Shown: positions 23,263 through 36,912 of the stretch, in pieces
Numbering within the stretch: the stretch's first letter is position 1
Layout: the number at the start of each line of letters is the position of its first letter
Assembly: GCA_020536535.1 (NCBI GenBank)
Contig: JAHLWZ010000596.1
Span: 1-64,000 of the forward strand
Direction of reading: 5' to 3'
Source of the DNA: Pelomyxa schiedti
Lineage: Eukaryota; Protista; Evosea
DNA: 64,000 bases
Made by a program: the position numbers and the translations under genes
Notes under the pieces: generated by a model
The model's database searches: none
The model's input: the letters and a program-made list of their open reading frames with translations, nothing else
What the model was told of the DNA's origin: nothing

Positions 23263-26200
23263 TTATTCTACAGAATGAGGGGCACCGGGGATCGTCACGT
23301 GAGCTATTGAGATCGGGACCCTTGTTTGTTTCAGTAAAGTATTAGCCACATGAAGAGTTTCTTTGCCAGGAGTGCCATAGTGTGTCCAAATATGGGCAGT
23401 GCAAACGACTGGTGTATCCCTGTTGTCTACTTGTGAGTATTTCATTCAATTCATTACTGATGTGATTTGGGTGGACTTGTTGGCGTGTAATCAGGAAAGG
23501 GGGAATGAGACAAACGGCTGTGGAACGTAGATAAGTTCCGCGAGAATTGTGTATTTCCCTGCAGTTGCATTTTTGACCAAGAATTCCACTGGTCCATACC
23601 CGCGGGTGAAATCTTCGCTAAGGATTTCTGTAGTACTCATTGCTGAGTTTCAAGCAAAAAGAGTGCAGAAATCTCAACCTCCAGATGAAGTTTGATTGCA
23701 AAATGGAGTGCATCTTTCGCCTGATGGAGTTTCCACAATAAGGTCCTGGGGAAGGCAGGTTAATTTGCTGCATAAAAATTCGCCAAGATACTACATACCA
23801 CGTCAGTAAGGTCCATGTGCCTGTATCGTGAGTAAAACAAAGTTACTACAAAGATTAGAAGAGGCCTACCATGTGAGAACAACCCGAATATCCACAGGTA
23901 GATGGTGTTCAACATATTCTGCATTAATATTACAAGGCGGAGTGTCGGAAATGTGTTTCCAGATGCTGTTCAAGTCCTATTGTGGTGTAAAAATTAAAAA
24001 AAAGATACAGCGATTTGCCGACAAACCATTAAAGCAACAACTTCAACTTGTGCGAATCTCACATCCCATTCTTAAGGAATTACCTCAAAGTATCTTGAAA
24101 GAAAGAAAACCTTTCTCGAGTACTTGTGTCAATAAAAAAATGGCACGAGTATAATTCTCTATGTGTTTATAATAAGTCCACAGATGAGAGTGAAAATGTG
24201 ACCTTTAGATCTTGACATAGATATCAAAGCTAGAGCTAGATCACGGTATGACTGTCAGGGTTAGATCAGTTTTATAAAAAAAAAACGGACTTGAGGTTCT
24301 TCTGGTCGGAGTTCCATTACTGTCTCATACAAAAAAATTGCCTCTCTATAGTGTAATTATCTTGCCATTCCCCACAGCACATACTTCCACAGTTGTATTT
24401 GTTCACATAAAGATGCCGCAGCTCGTAAGTAACAAGAATTGTTTAACGTGAGGTCAGAGATATTGCTTATTATTCTGAAAATCTTGTGTTAAACATGCAT
24501 ACGGTGTTGTAGATAAGCACCTGGCTGCAACCTGGGGAAATCCCACGTTTTGAAGTGTCAAAGACACAAAACACTCCAGTGTGAAGGGACCTTCCTACAA
24601 AAGAATGAGAAGGAGGTCATTCAAAGGAATTTTACCCTCAAAATGTCAGTGTAATGCTTTGCTGCTTCTTCTGCATCATTTATCTGTAACGGTTTTTCTC
24701 TTGTAGTTTTGCAGACTAAAACTGTCGGGCCTTTCAGGCTTTTTTGTACCCCAGAAGAGCCTTGGGCATACAGAGATGTCCAATCCCGAGCTTTGTGGGT
24801 AAATGCAACTTGATCGTTATTTAGAAATTCGAATGCATCTTTCCTCAATAAGTAGGGGCAATCAACTGAGGGAGTGGAAAGCTCCTCAGCGAGATCATGC
24901 AAAAAAGTAGTAACTTAGAAGAATTGGTAAATTCATTCTCCTGGTAAATATTGCAAACAACCAGAAAAGGATCTACAGCTTCTAAGACTATAGCCTAACT
25001 TTCCACCAAGAACCCCATTTGGACGAATGCATGGATGGAAGATCCGAGTGAAAAATCGGGCTTGAAGTGAGCCCAGATAACTCCGCTGTTATAGTTAGCT
25101 TGGCTAATGCCTCGGAATGAAACCTCTAATAGCACGTCAAATAGTCCTCGCTCATAGGGAGAATAGGGAGGCCCAGTAACAATCAACTTCATGAAAGAAG
25201 TTAAAAGGAATAATGTAATGAAGAACTAGCACTTTGATTGCTCTATCCCCTATGAACTCAACATTACCAAGTGCAGTACTATTCTCACAGTCATATCTAA
25301 CTTTCTCAAATAGCCCTTGTATTTCTACTTCTGATAACAACGCCAAGGGGGCGGAACAGATGGAAGGTAGCAGTCTTACGGCACAGGACGGTGAATCTAG
25401 ATCGTCATGTGGCTGCACAGCAAGTGACTCAAAGCCTACCAGTTCTGCAGGGGATATGGAAGGCAGGAGCGGAGAGGGAGTGCGCTGGCTTTTTCTGGGA
25501 GCAAGGTTCTTTGATGGCCTTACCACAGGAGATATGACCTTGGCACTCGGACTCGGAGATGAGTGAACTGCTTCGTTACTTTTCAAAGGTGTTTCAGCAC
25601 AGCTGGAGGCATTTTCTACGGATTTTGGGTCAATTGCACTCTCCGATTTTCTGGAAAGGGGTGTTTCTGAGACTTGAGGTGTTACAGTTGTAAATTTGGG
25701 AGCGATTCCGTGCCCAGCTCCAGTTTCCGAGATTGCTTCAACAAAAGCAGAAGAGGGACTGAGAGAGTGCTTACATAAATAAAACCAGAATGATAAATAC
25801 GCACTACGAAGGGTTTCTGCCGCCACGTCCTCCATAACACGTAAAATCAGAAGCGCCACCAAAGAAATTGGAGAAGATGTCTTCTGCATTACAATGTGAT
25901 GTGTAGAGTTCATCTATTCCCTTCATTCCATGTGTGTCATATATTTTTCGCTTTTCTGGGTCTGAAAGAATATCATAGGCCTTCCCTATCGCTCGGAACT
26001 GCGTTAATATAAATACTCATCCTAATCAATAATGGGAAAACTTTTTCGTATGCCGTTGGGTCATTTGGGTTCTTTAACACCATGAGTACACCAGGAGGAA
26101 GGAAGGGAAAACTTTATCTGGATGCCATCTAATTGCTTTTTTCCGATAGGCTTTCTTAATCATATCTTGGGTATCTCCCTTGGAAAGACCAAGTCTACTG

Positions 26201-29149
26201 TACAAGTCAGTATCGGGCATTAAGAGATTTTCGTCTTGGGACTGTGTTCGAGGTATTGGGGCAGGAGGTGATGTAGAAGAAACAAAATTAGCCCCGATAT
26301 CTGGGGAACCCCACTTGTCACTTTGGTCACAATCAACCCTCAAAAAATGTAAAATGAGTGGTTGCTTATGTTTTGTTAAACAGGGTAAATGAAAGTAATA
26401 ACAGATACTTTGCTTTTATCACAGGAGAAAAGTGCATCCCACCAATCACATCTGCGCTTCCACATGCAAATATTATTATTCAACTTCTCTTGTAGGTTTC
26501 TTTCCTTCCGTACCTGTTTCACTCATTGATAAAGAAAAGGATCAGTAATGTACCTTATGCATAGGAATCTGCAATAAATACTGGTCTCTAAGGTGAGTAA
26601 ACGATGAAGGTGGTTCGATTTCATGCTCGAGGTACTGAAAGGAAGCAGATCAGTAGGAATAGAGAAAAGGAGGAATAACTTGTTCCAGATTTTCCAGAAC
26701 GAGAAGTGAAGAATTTGGAGTCACAATACTGTGGGACAGTGAGGGCTTGAGAGGAGGGGGAGAAGCAACTGGAAGTCTTTTGCAAGGTGTATCATTTGCT
26801 GACGTACAGCTTCAGATGGTGGTTGCTCTTTCAAGTATTCCAACTTCTGAAGGGCCCAAAATCGAGAGACTGAGAAGAAATGAGAAAGAAATTCAAATAG
26901 GCCTTGGGAAGGTACCAAGTGTATCTTGGTGTTCTGTAGGCTGAAGAGCTATCTTTTTGATGAATTTTGTACCACTGGAAATATGTCCAAACGTCAGTGA
27001 TAGGATTACTGTGAGAGTCAATGCAAGGAAATAACAACTGAAAAAACCTGGCTCCAGTGCAGGAAATTTTCCTGTAAGAACAAAGGTGTTGGAAGGGCTT
27101 ACAACGAATGGTATTGGTGGGAACACTTCCACATGTGGAACACCGGGTTGAAAGTGGCACTCCAGTAACATCAATGGATCATGGAAAATATGCTGAATAA
27201 GGTGTTCTGCATAGTTTGATCTAAGATCCAGAAATGATGCGCCAGTTTCATGTGAAATTAATTTGAGGAATGTCACATCCACTGTTAAATCTGAGGAAAC
27301 AGTAAAAATTCGTGATCGTAACTGAAGCTGTTCTCGCATCTGCTTTGCTAACATTTAGTTTGGATACATATAGGAAATTAAAAAAGAGAAATACCGATCC
27401 CCAAGTATTGAAGCCGTCAGAGAACAGCAGGCACAAGGTGTTCGATTCTTGGGGGAGAAGCTGTAAACAGGAGAAGTTGGTGGCACCTTCATATAACACG
27501 GTCTTTAACGCTGAAAACAGAGATTCGGCACTCTGTTAGTAAGTTGCAAGGTTTTAATCCTTACCCAATTCTCGAGGGAATTACCTTATGATAAGAAGGA
27601 ACAGAAATATATGTGGACAGAAAGTACAACCAGAAGTTGGCACAGGGAGCTTCATTCAGTAGAGCTTGTAAAAATTGCAATTCTCTAAAAGGGATGACAA
27701 TAGACTAAAATTAGTTCACTCAAGGATCACCTTGAGTGATCAGTGTCTCTTCTACTGAGGGAGTGATCCCAAATGATAACGATCTTATTAAGTTGCTAGA
27801 TGCAATGAGGGAATGGAGCAATAGGTGGAATGCTAGAACCATTGATGAAGGCCCCAGGTCAGACGGGATTTCACCTTTGACATAAAAGAACGTGGTTTCC
27901 TGGCCATTTTGGAAGCACTCACATGAAACTAATGCATGTTGTTCCATTGAATGCTTTCGCGTTGCTGTGAATGCCAAAGTTGGGGGAGGTAGAACGTTTT
28001 CCTGGGTGGACCTGAATTGAAAAACTGAAAAAAATTGAGCCTGGAAATATGCAGAATCATAAAATTACCAGAGTTGCCAGCAAAAAAGAATGAGAAAGAA
28101 TCAAAAAAGGGTGAAGGACCAAGAATCGGAGGCTGATATAGGTTTGTATCAAGTTCCACATTCATCTGCCAATAGTGTAAGGTAATGAATGAGTACACCA
28201 GGAAGAACTGACGTTAATGTCAAACAGCTGTAACGCTTGCGTACTTGGAGGTAGAAGGGGACAGGAATAAGTAATGAGATCCTGCTCTTCAATCAGTTCA
28301 GAGGCTATGAGGATCTACAGTGTTTAAGAAAGGGGAAAAAGTGAAAATCAAATACCACTCACTTGAACAAGTCTTTTACCCTTTGGCGGGATTCCAAGCT
28401 TTACCCTGAAAACGTTCCCAGAAACATGCTCAGCTACAGAGGCTGCCGTGGTTTGTTCACGCATTTCAGTCTCATAAGCAACTCTTGCCTTATCCTGTTC
28501 CACACCAAAAAAAAAAAACACAATTTGGGAAGGAGATGGTTAAAAAGACAAATAAAAGAAAGTCTGTGACAAAAGCCAATAGGCCGACAAATCCTCCACA
28601 AAAGAATACCTTCTCCACTACAATGGCATCCACTAGAACCCCACCTATGTCCACACCATACCCACATACAGTACCACTCCCTGGTGGTAGAATAACAATT
28701 ACTTCTGCCTCCACATTTTTTTCACTTCCTATCTGTTTATCCCTAGTCCCACTCTCAGTCCCTGTCCCACAATTGTTTCTCCCACCTGTTGGACGACTAT
28801 CGTTATTGGCCACCGCTGTGGTACCACATCCCACAATGGCCTTGTCAGTTCCATCATCACAAACAGCGGCACCACCAGGACTGGGCTCCAAATTGGCGCC
28901 GCTTCCCTCGCGCTTCTCATTCCTCGAAGGCGAATGTCCTGCTGAGGTGTTGTCTTCGTTGGGCCGGGGGTCCTCCCACAATGCAGTCTGGCGCTCGGCG
29001 CCCGCGGACGTAGGAGGCGACGAATCAAGTGTCGTCAGCGTCAGGGTGATTTGGGTCTGGGCCAAGTGCCCCCTCGTCAGGCAGTCGACGCGCATGGAAC
29101 CAACTTGGACCACCGCGCTCTTGTCGTTGAGCGCGACAACTTGGAGCAT
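23263..29149 (-). CDS. VIT-vWA-[J-domain-G/F]-[UBC-like]-TPR-DUF2135 multidomain protein
   Basis: VIT: [24 protein letters not shown]. vWA: YEGATNF..CLLFSDG and [11 protein letters not shown]. Also FWALQKL and SSLLVLE. J-domain with HPDK. UBC-like [25 protein letters not shown]: [20 protein letters not shown]2135: [11 protein letters not shown] and WTHYGTP. The splice junctions I checked around the J-domain are in frame. Confidence 0.8.
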
Positions 29150-29352
29150 TGAACGTTTGTTGTTTGTTGGGACTTTACGTTGCTGCCGAAAGGCAGTTCG
29201 GAATTGACAGGCCGCAGAAGCTCAACCCGAAAGAAAAAAAAAAACTTCCATTGATCACTACACTTTCGATGCCTATTAAAGGGTTCGTTTTCGTTGGAAA
29301 AAGCGTATAATTTCTCTCGCACGAAAAAAAAATAACCAAAAACAAAAAAAAA

Positions 29353-32300
29353 ATGGATGGAGCGGACACATCCGCACAAAGGGGCGCAATCGACGAGGTA
29401 AAAAAAAAAAAGTGGCAAAAACAGACCCTAAACACTACTTAACACCATTTCAATGCAATCCTGTATTGCCATGTAGAAAAACTACTCACCTAGGGCACCT
29501 TCTAACACCTAGAAAAAAAAAAAATAAAAAAAAATAAACAACAGTTCACCCTCCTGGAAGCCAAGTCTCAATGCGGGGACAATTCTTCCCCTATTCAGGA
29601 TGTTGTGCCTGGAAATCCTTCGAGATTGAATACATACGAGATTGGATCAGAATTGAAACAAGCAGTCTCGCCAACAGACTCCACCCCAGACCAGGTGTCC
29701 GCAGTCAATTCAACTCAACTGAGTACATTGTGTGATGGCAATACTGACGGGGGTGCTGATGATGGAGGTGACAGACCAGAACAATGGAGTGAGCAGCGTA
29801 CAGATTCACCATCTTGTGTGAGTTCTGAGTTTGTGAACTCAACTCCTTGTTGTGCACCACCAAATATGTACCCGTTGAATGAAATGAACAGTCAAGAACA
29901 GAATCAGATGACATTGCAGTCTCCTGTGTTTTTGCAGAGTGAGCCTGAGTACTACAGTCTCCCTCAGCAGGCACAATTGAATTACATAGACTCACTTAGA
30001 CAACAAGCAATGCTGTACCAGTTACCAGCGTCCAGAACTCTCACTCAGGAGCAGATTTTTATGCATCAACAGATGCAATTGCAACAATTGCAAACCCAAC
30101 AAGCACAAGAACAACAATCATTGCAGCAATTGCATGCATATGAGTCACAGACATATGATAACCCTGCCACTGTGCAACAGGAGGTTCCAACGAAAGAGGA
30201 GGAAACAGGGTCACATACTCAGTTGAGCAAAAAAAACCGAAAGTCTCAAGTTCAAATGGTTCTACCTTCAAAGAATCTCGTTCTAGACAAGCAAAAACTT
30301 TCTACTTTTTTTCACATGCCTATAACAGATGCTGCCAAGCACCTAGGTACACTTTTTCCCCTTTCCTGATTGTTCATGACTCCTGAAGGTGTCTGTACTA
30401 CAATGTTTAAGAAAGTGTGCCGAAGGAATGGAATCCCAAGGTGGCCCTACAGAAAGGTTTTTTTCTACGTGGCACTTCCAATAATTAATAGACTTTAGAT
30501 TAAATCCTTAGATTCTATGATTGAATCTCTCCGAAGTTCTTTAGAGAACAGTTCAGGTGACACACTCAGTATTGTGCATGAACTCTCTATATTATCTTCC
30601 AAGAGGGATCACATAATGCAAAATCCAGAAGTTTTAGGTTGAACTCGTGCAATTCTCTCCTCTAACTCCATTTTAGTTCTCAACAAGAGCTTAGTTGCAC
30701 ACAAACGTCCTCTGGAACGAAAATACCCCTGCACTCCTCAACCTGTAACAAATTCGATCTCTGAAATAATCTCTGATTTTTTTTTTTTCAACAGGGCCAG
30801 ACACCAACTATTACATCCCCTCCCTTAATGCAACCAGAAACCCCTAATTCTCTGGATGTATCACAACAAGTCTGTCAGACTTTCTCACCCGATTCAAGTT
30901 CAGTTTTTGCTTCTGATTCCTCACCTCTCCCATCATGCCTCATTCAAGGCACCCCACAATCTACGATGACTCCGCAGGAACTTCCGTACTCACCCCCATT
31001 CCCGCCTATCATGCATCAAAGTCAATTGCAAAGCCCTGAGTTCCAATTGTCCTCCGAAGTACCAGCCTCATCACCTCAAGTTAGTGTTCCACCAGTGGGT
31101 GTTGTTTCCTCCCACGAAAGCCAGTTACCAATTGAGCAACCTCAACTACCACAAATAGACACTCTTACAGTGCCTCTCTCTCCTCCGTTAGAGCAATGTT
31201 TACATGCGTCCACACAGCAGTCTCAACCCCAGTTTTCTACACCGGAGCACAATCACCATACCAGGCCCAGGCACCAAAAGCATTCACACCGAACACGCCA
31301 GCACCATAGGGAAGAGAGGATTTCTCCATCATTTCAGTTTTCCACGTCTCCCTTACTGTCCCCCACTTCATGTGCCGACATGATACCCACACCCGATGAT
31401 GCCAAGACACCTGCGTCTTCCTATTATGTAAGTTTCTCAAATTCCTAAGTTTATTTTAAAAGTACTAATTCCTCTACTTTAGAGGAACATGTACACCCCC
31501 TCTTCCGTCATGTCACCCGGCCAATTCCCGGCAGAATTCATGGTTGGCAGCCCCCGGCCCGGCTATCTATCCATCCAGCCGCAACTTACTCTGCAACAAC
31601 AGCAAGCTGCCGCGTCGGCGGCTGCGGCAACGGTGGCAGCGGTGGGGTCAATGGGTGTCATACAGCAGGCTCAGAACTTCGCGGACTTGCAGAAGCAGAA
31701 GCTGTCGCCTCAGCAGCAGCAACAGTTGTACCACCAGTTGCAAATGCAGATGCACATGCAAATGCAGATACAGCTGCAGATTCAACTGCAGGCTCTTCAG
31801 GAGCAGGCCCTCACAGACCCCAACGCAGCAATACATTTTCAGCAACTCCAGGCCCAGTTCCAACTACAAACATCGATGCAGATGCAGTTGCAGTTGCAAA
31901 TGCAGCAACAACTACAACAACAACAACGAGATAGTGAGGCATTCCCTATGCAACAAAACAGCTGGAATAATAATAATCATCAGCTGGCTGATAATGTGGC
32001 CGAGACCTGGAAGGAAGGTGAATCTCTTGCCACTGGAAGCAGTGACCAGGGTGGTGATGACTCTACCAAGGCGGCCTCGTACGACGATGGCCCGCAATCT
32101 TCCAAAAAGGACCCTGCTGCTTCGTCCTCATCATATCTCAGCGATAGCGTTAATTCCCAGCAGCAGCAGCAGCTCCTACCTGGAATTGAAGCCCTAGGTC
32201 CCACTGATCAGCCTCCGACCCCCCCATCAAAGTTCAGCAACAACAACAACAAGCCGAGTTCTTCACCACCAGTCACGGACCAGTTGCTGCCACAGTCGTC

Positions 32301-32526
32301 ATACACACTGAGCGACGACGGCACACCAGTGGACGACGTCATGGACCCCCTGAGGCTCCCCCAGCCAACCTCCACACCCAACCCCAGCCCCAGCCCCAGC
32401 TCAGCCACTTGTGTGAGGCTGGGAGCAGGCATGGCGATCCCAGAGGCCAATGCCGTGACTGGCGGTGCTGGCTCCTGTGGGTATGGAGCTGGCATGTGCT
32501 CCCCTGATGGCAAGGCTCTGCTATGA
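29353..32526 (+). CDS. RWP-RK domain transcription factor with Q/P/S-rich regions
   Basis: LSTFFHMPITDAAKHLGVCTTMFKKVCRRNGIPRWPYRKIKSL across exons at about 30300-30520. First exon MDGADTSAQRGAIDE splices in phase 0. Confidence 0.88.
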
Positions 32527-32898
32527 TCATACAAGCCAGTGGTTGTTGTGTAGGGAAAATAAAAAGGGAAAAAAAAGCACCCATATCAAGCCCTGTGTCT
32601 GAACACTGTGTGCTTTGGGCTAGAAACTGTGTTTTGCGGAGAAAGAAGAGGAAACCACCAAAAAAAAAAAAGCATGCATGTGACTAGAAAGGGCTTTCTC
32701 GGGGAGAAAGCTGAGATTTGAGGGAGATGGAGGACACGGAGGGCACAAGAAGGTACAGGGAGGTGCCACATGTTTTCTTATGGTCGAATCCCTTCGCTGT
32801 GGTGGTCCCGCTAGCTTTCTTGCAGCGAGAACCTGGCCTGGTGCACTAGGGGTGTGGCATTATGCGAAATCAAACCACAGACCCAGGCGCAACCACGG

Positions 32899-34441
32899 AT
32901 GTCAGCGGCAACGGCAACCGACGTCGCCACCGACGCAGCGACTTCTGCCTCTGTCTCTGCGTCGCGGAAGAGCGCAAGACTAGGGGGCCACAGGGCGTCG
33001 AGGCTAGCGGCCAACTTGGGCGCGCCCGACGACGTGGTGCAGGCGCTGGAGGCGTCGCGCGTGTTTTCGTACGAGGACCTGCTGGTTTTGCCAGAGGTCA
33101 CGCTGAGGAAGTTCTCGGCGGCACAAAAACAGGTCATCTTGTGGTGTTGCTTTTTTTTTTTTTTTTTTTTCTCCTGATCTAACAGTGTATTGTGTATATG
33201 TATAGTGGGTTCTGGAGGCACAGAGGAGTGCCAGGACTCAGCTGAGTGGGTGTGTTTTGACTGGACTCGAACTGTTTTTGGAGGATTCACGAAGGGATGT
33301 ATTATCAACTGGCATTCCTCTGTATGTGGTTGCCCTTTCCAGTGTTTCCCAACCATCTTAAATTCAATGGACAAATGCAGGTTGGACGGACTACTACCTG
33401 GGGGATTAGCCACTGGCCAAGTTACGGAAATAATTGGAGGCTCTCCCTCTGGCAAAACTCAAGTTAGTAGTTTCTCTTCCAAGATATACAACAACTGTCT
33501 TTTTTACGGTGATAAAAAAAAAGCTCTGCCTTTCTATTGCACAGACTGTTGCTGCCTCAAGGCGTACAGTAATGTTCATCGACACCCAGAACAATTTTAA
33601 CAGTACCCGCCTTGATGAAATCCGAGAGTATTCCTCGTCCAAACGGAACGGCACATGTCTTGCTGCTGATGGAAGTACCTATGTAGATAGTACTGGCGCA
33701 GAAACCAGTCTCGCACCTGAAGATCCTGTAGTTTCAATGTGCAAAGTTCTCACGGGAATCATCTGTGTGCGAGCCTTGGATGCGGGCACTTTGTCACAGA
33801 CTCTTTTTGCATTAGACTCCAAATTAGGCTCACATCAGGTTTGGTGTTTCCTGTTTTTTTTTTGTGAAGAGCATAAAAGGTCTAAACGTTGCAAGTGCCC
33901 GTGCTCTTTGAAATCCATTAGGCTTGTTATATTAGATTGCATAAGTCCACTTCTCTCTCCACTTCTGGGGGGACACCACACTGGAGGTGCAAAAGCCGTC
34001 ATAAAGACCCTGTTCATCTATTGATAGGACATGCACTGATGTGTGACCTGGGACAAGCAATGAAAAGGATAGCTGTCCAACACAACATCGCCTTCTTAGT
34101 AAGAATGCTGTTCCCCCTGGAATCAAAGACTTTCCTCCTCTTACCTTGCTAGGTAACTAACTATACTGTGACCGGACCTGGAGAGCCCAAACCCGCTCTT
34201 GCTGAATCCTGGAGGTCTATTGCAGACAATAGATTGTATCTTATCACCGAACCCCTCCCACCCACCCACCAGCGCATGACTGTAACCCTACTCAAATGCA
34301 TTGAAGCACCCTACAAGGTACGTGGTACGTTTACTGCTTACTCCGTTTTTGTCTAAACCTGGCACATAGTGTGGCGAATGTATTGGCCTGCACATCAGCA
34401 CTCAAGGAATCACGGAAGAATTCCACGAGGGATCAACGTAA
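32899..34441 (+). CDS. RAD51D: RAD51 paralog, RAD51D-like
   Basis: LDGLLPGGLATGQVTEIIGGSPSGKTQLCL, FIDTQNNF, RLVILDCISPLLSPLLGG..GHALM, VTN and KPALAESW. Confidence 0.8.
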
Positions 34442-34508
34442 AAGGAGCAGAAAAACATGTGGAAAACCGTTTGTTGTTTACAAGGAAAGTTTTTGTTCAT
34501 GGTGCGGA

Positions 34509-36818
34509 TCAAGGGGTGTTTTTCTGGGTAAAAGGAGGTGGCACGGGGACACCCGCTAGCCAGGGGTGCTGGAGTGCTTGTGCAGCGGTAGCCCGCTTGC
34601 CCTTGTCGTAGTTCATCATTGACACCATGAAGCTTGCTGCCAGGTCGGCTTCAGCTTTATCGAGCTTGTACTTCTCAAAGAGAACCTTCTCCAAGGGCCA
34701 CATCCGCAAGCTTGATATGTGCCGTAGGAACCCACGGGCATTAAAAAACTCGGAGCAGCGCCTCCCGGACACCCTCTGCGCTTGAGGGATAGGCCCAAGA
34801 AGTTCAATCATTTGTGCGAGGTGGTCTGGGATAGAGTAAATAAGAAGACATTAAGAAAAGCATAAACCAGTACCATCTTCTTTTGTGAAACTCTTAGAAG
34901 CTTTTGGTGTGAACAGAAGGTCCCCGGTAATAAGCTCGAAAACCATACAAGCCTTCAGGGTGTCAAAAGGGATAATAAAGGCTGAAAACACACCAATGAC
35001 CACATGTCCGCTGAAGTGTCCCAAGGCCCTCTGAGAATAACTTCAGGGGCTCTGTACTGTCTGGTCTGAATGTCATTTGTGAAGCGCTTGTGAATCCAAG
35101 CCCCATTCCCAAAGTCAACTATTTTAATCTACAAACACTGTCAAAAACCTCACAATGGAAGTTGGACATACATTAAATCTTGATAGGAGTTCAGGAACAG
35201 AAGCTGGAGGTGCAACAGGGCTAGCACAGGTTTCTTCGTTTGTTGCGGAGCTTGATGTAGTTTGGGTTGCTGATGCTGCACTTACATTTTTTTGAGGTAC
35301 TTTCTGAGGAGATTTTTGAGCACCTTTATTTGGTTTCGTGTTGGGGTTTTTTTTGGGAGAGTTTTGCGCCCGTTGTTGCTGTGGTGGCGCTGGGCGCTGT
35401 TGCCTTGATGGGGCTGAGGGGTCAGGTGGTTGGGTGGCTGTGGGTTCTTTTGTTGATGGGGTAGTTTCTGGCTCAGAACTGGGTGCCACCACTATGGTGG
35501 TTGTGGCAGCTGTGGTAGTTGTGGAGGTAGGTGTTGCTGAAGTAGGCAGGGAAGTTTCAGTAGCAACTTTAGCAGAACGGGTAGAAAGAGCTTCCTCGCA
35601 CACAGTAGCCGTAACTGATTGGGGTAAATGGAAATCTTGTAATTATAATTGATACTATAAATAGTTTTAAGTACTCTTGTGCAATTCTGGTTCGATTTTG
35701 GTCCATAGCAATACGTTTTCAGGTTTCAAGTCTGGGCGTCGGTAAGGTTCAAAGAGACTTCGCACTGAACTCACCAGTGTGTATCAATTTGCATGTGGTA
35801 TGCAGATAGTTCAAACCCACAAGTATCTGACGTGCAATGTACTTGACAATAGGAATAGGAATGCCCTTGTAGTGGTATAACTTGATCAAATCGAGCAAAT
35901 TACTGCCCAGAAGTTCGAACACCATACAAGTATCTTCACAGTGTGGGACAAGTATGGCCAAGTGGAACGGGATTGTGTGACATACGGACACCGTTGGGGC
36001 CATGATGCTGAAAATTGTCCAGAAGATGGCAACAACACATAGAATTCAGCGGGTCTCTATTTGTGATAACATTGAGAATCTCGATTTCATCACGAGCCGC
36101 CTCAGTGTAACGGTGTGCACTCTTGACGATCTTCATTGCCACATCTTTGTTAAGATTCCTTTAACAACCTTAGTCAATGCAGTGTTTTTTGGGGATATTA
36201 TGTACGTGTCGTGAGCCCGCCACACAGTGGAGAAGTGACCCCAGCCCACTTTGGAGACGATGGTGTAGCGACTGGAAAAAACGTCGCCCAGGGACACGGG
36301 GTGGTAGCCTCCTGCAGTAAGATTGGTTTAGATGGCAAAAAGGCAGAAAGGAACACAACCTTTCTTGTAGTCAGCAGTGCCTTCATCCTCTTCGTCCTCA
36401 GCTCCTCCGTGCTCGCCGCTTCCCTCTTCCTCATCTGGCTCCTTGTGGCTTTCACCGGAACTCTCCTCACTTTCGCTGTCACTGCCTCCTTCACTGCTCC
36501 CGCTGCCACTCCCACTCTCGCTTTCGCTCGAGCTCCCGCCGCTAGCGGAAGGGGTGTAATGTCTATTACTGTCACTGCTAGGGCTAGAACTTGGTCTGTT
36601 CTGCGGCTGCGTGTACTTGCGGTACGGCGGTTGTTTTTTCTTTGGCGGTCTGCGTTTTTTGCGCGCCTGTACGGGCAAAGAAGCTGTTGTAATGCACACA
36701 TTAGTACCAGTACCGTAGAATCTAACGACATACGCCTACCACCCGGTGCCTTTCGCATCTCGCTTTGGTTGGTTTTCCTTTTTTTTTTTTTAAACAACAG
36801 TGCCGATCTGCTTGACAT
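34509..36818 (-). CDS. SRPK: SR protein kinase (SRPK family)
   Basis: DYKKGGYHPV, KLGWGHFSTVW, KIVKSAHRYTEAARDEI, FQHHGPNG, CMVFELLGSNLL, a split kinase domain with spacer, DFGNG.W..K.FTNDIQTRQYR and ATAAQALQHPWL. Confidence 0.93.
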
Positions 36819-36912
36819 TTTCCCCTTAAGACATGAAAGGCAACTGCAGCATCAGGAAAAAAACCAAAAACAACTAATTGCCCTGCGGCGACACCCAACG
36901 ACCGCCCGCCAC

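Noticed and set aside
36211-36912. N-terminal 234 aa of the 539-aa ORF-track call for ITPK1
   Set aside because: It overlaps SRPK exons antisense and starts at a non-ATG codon; ITPK1 homology begins at ATG 36913.
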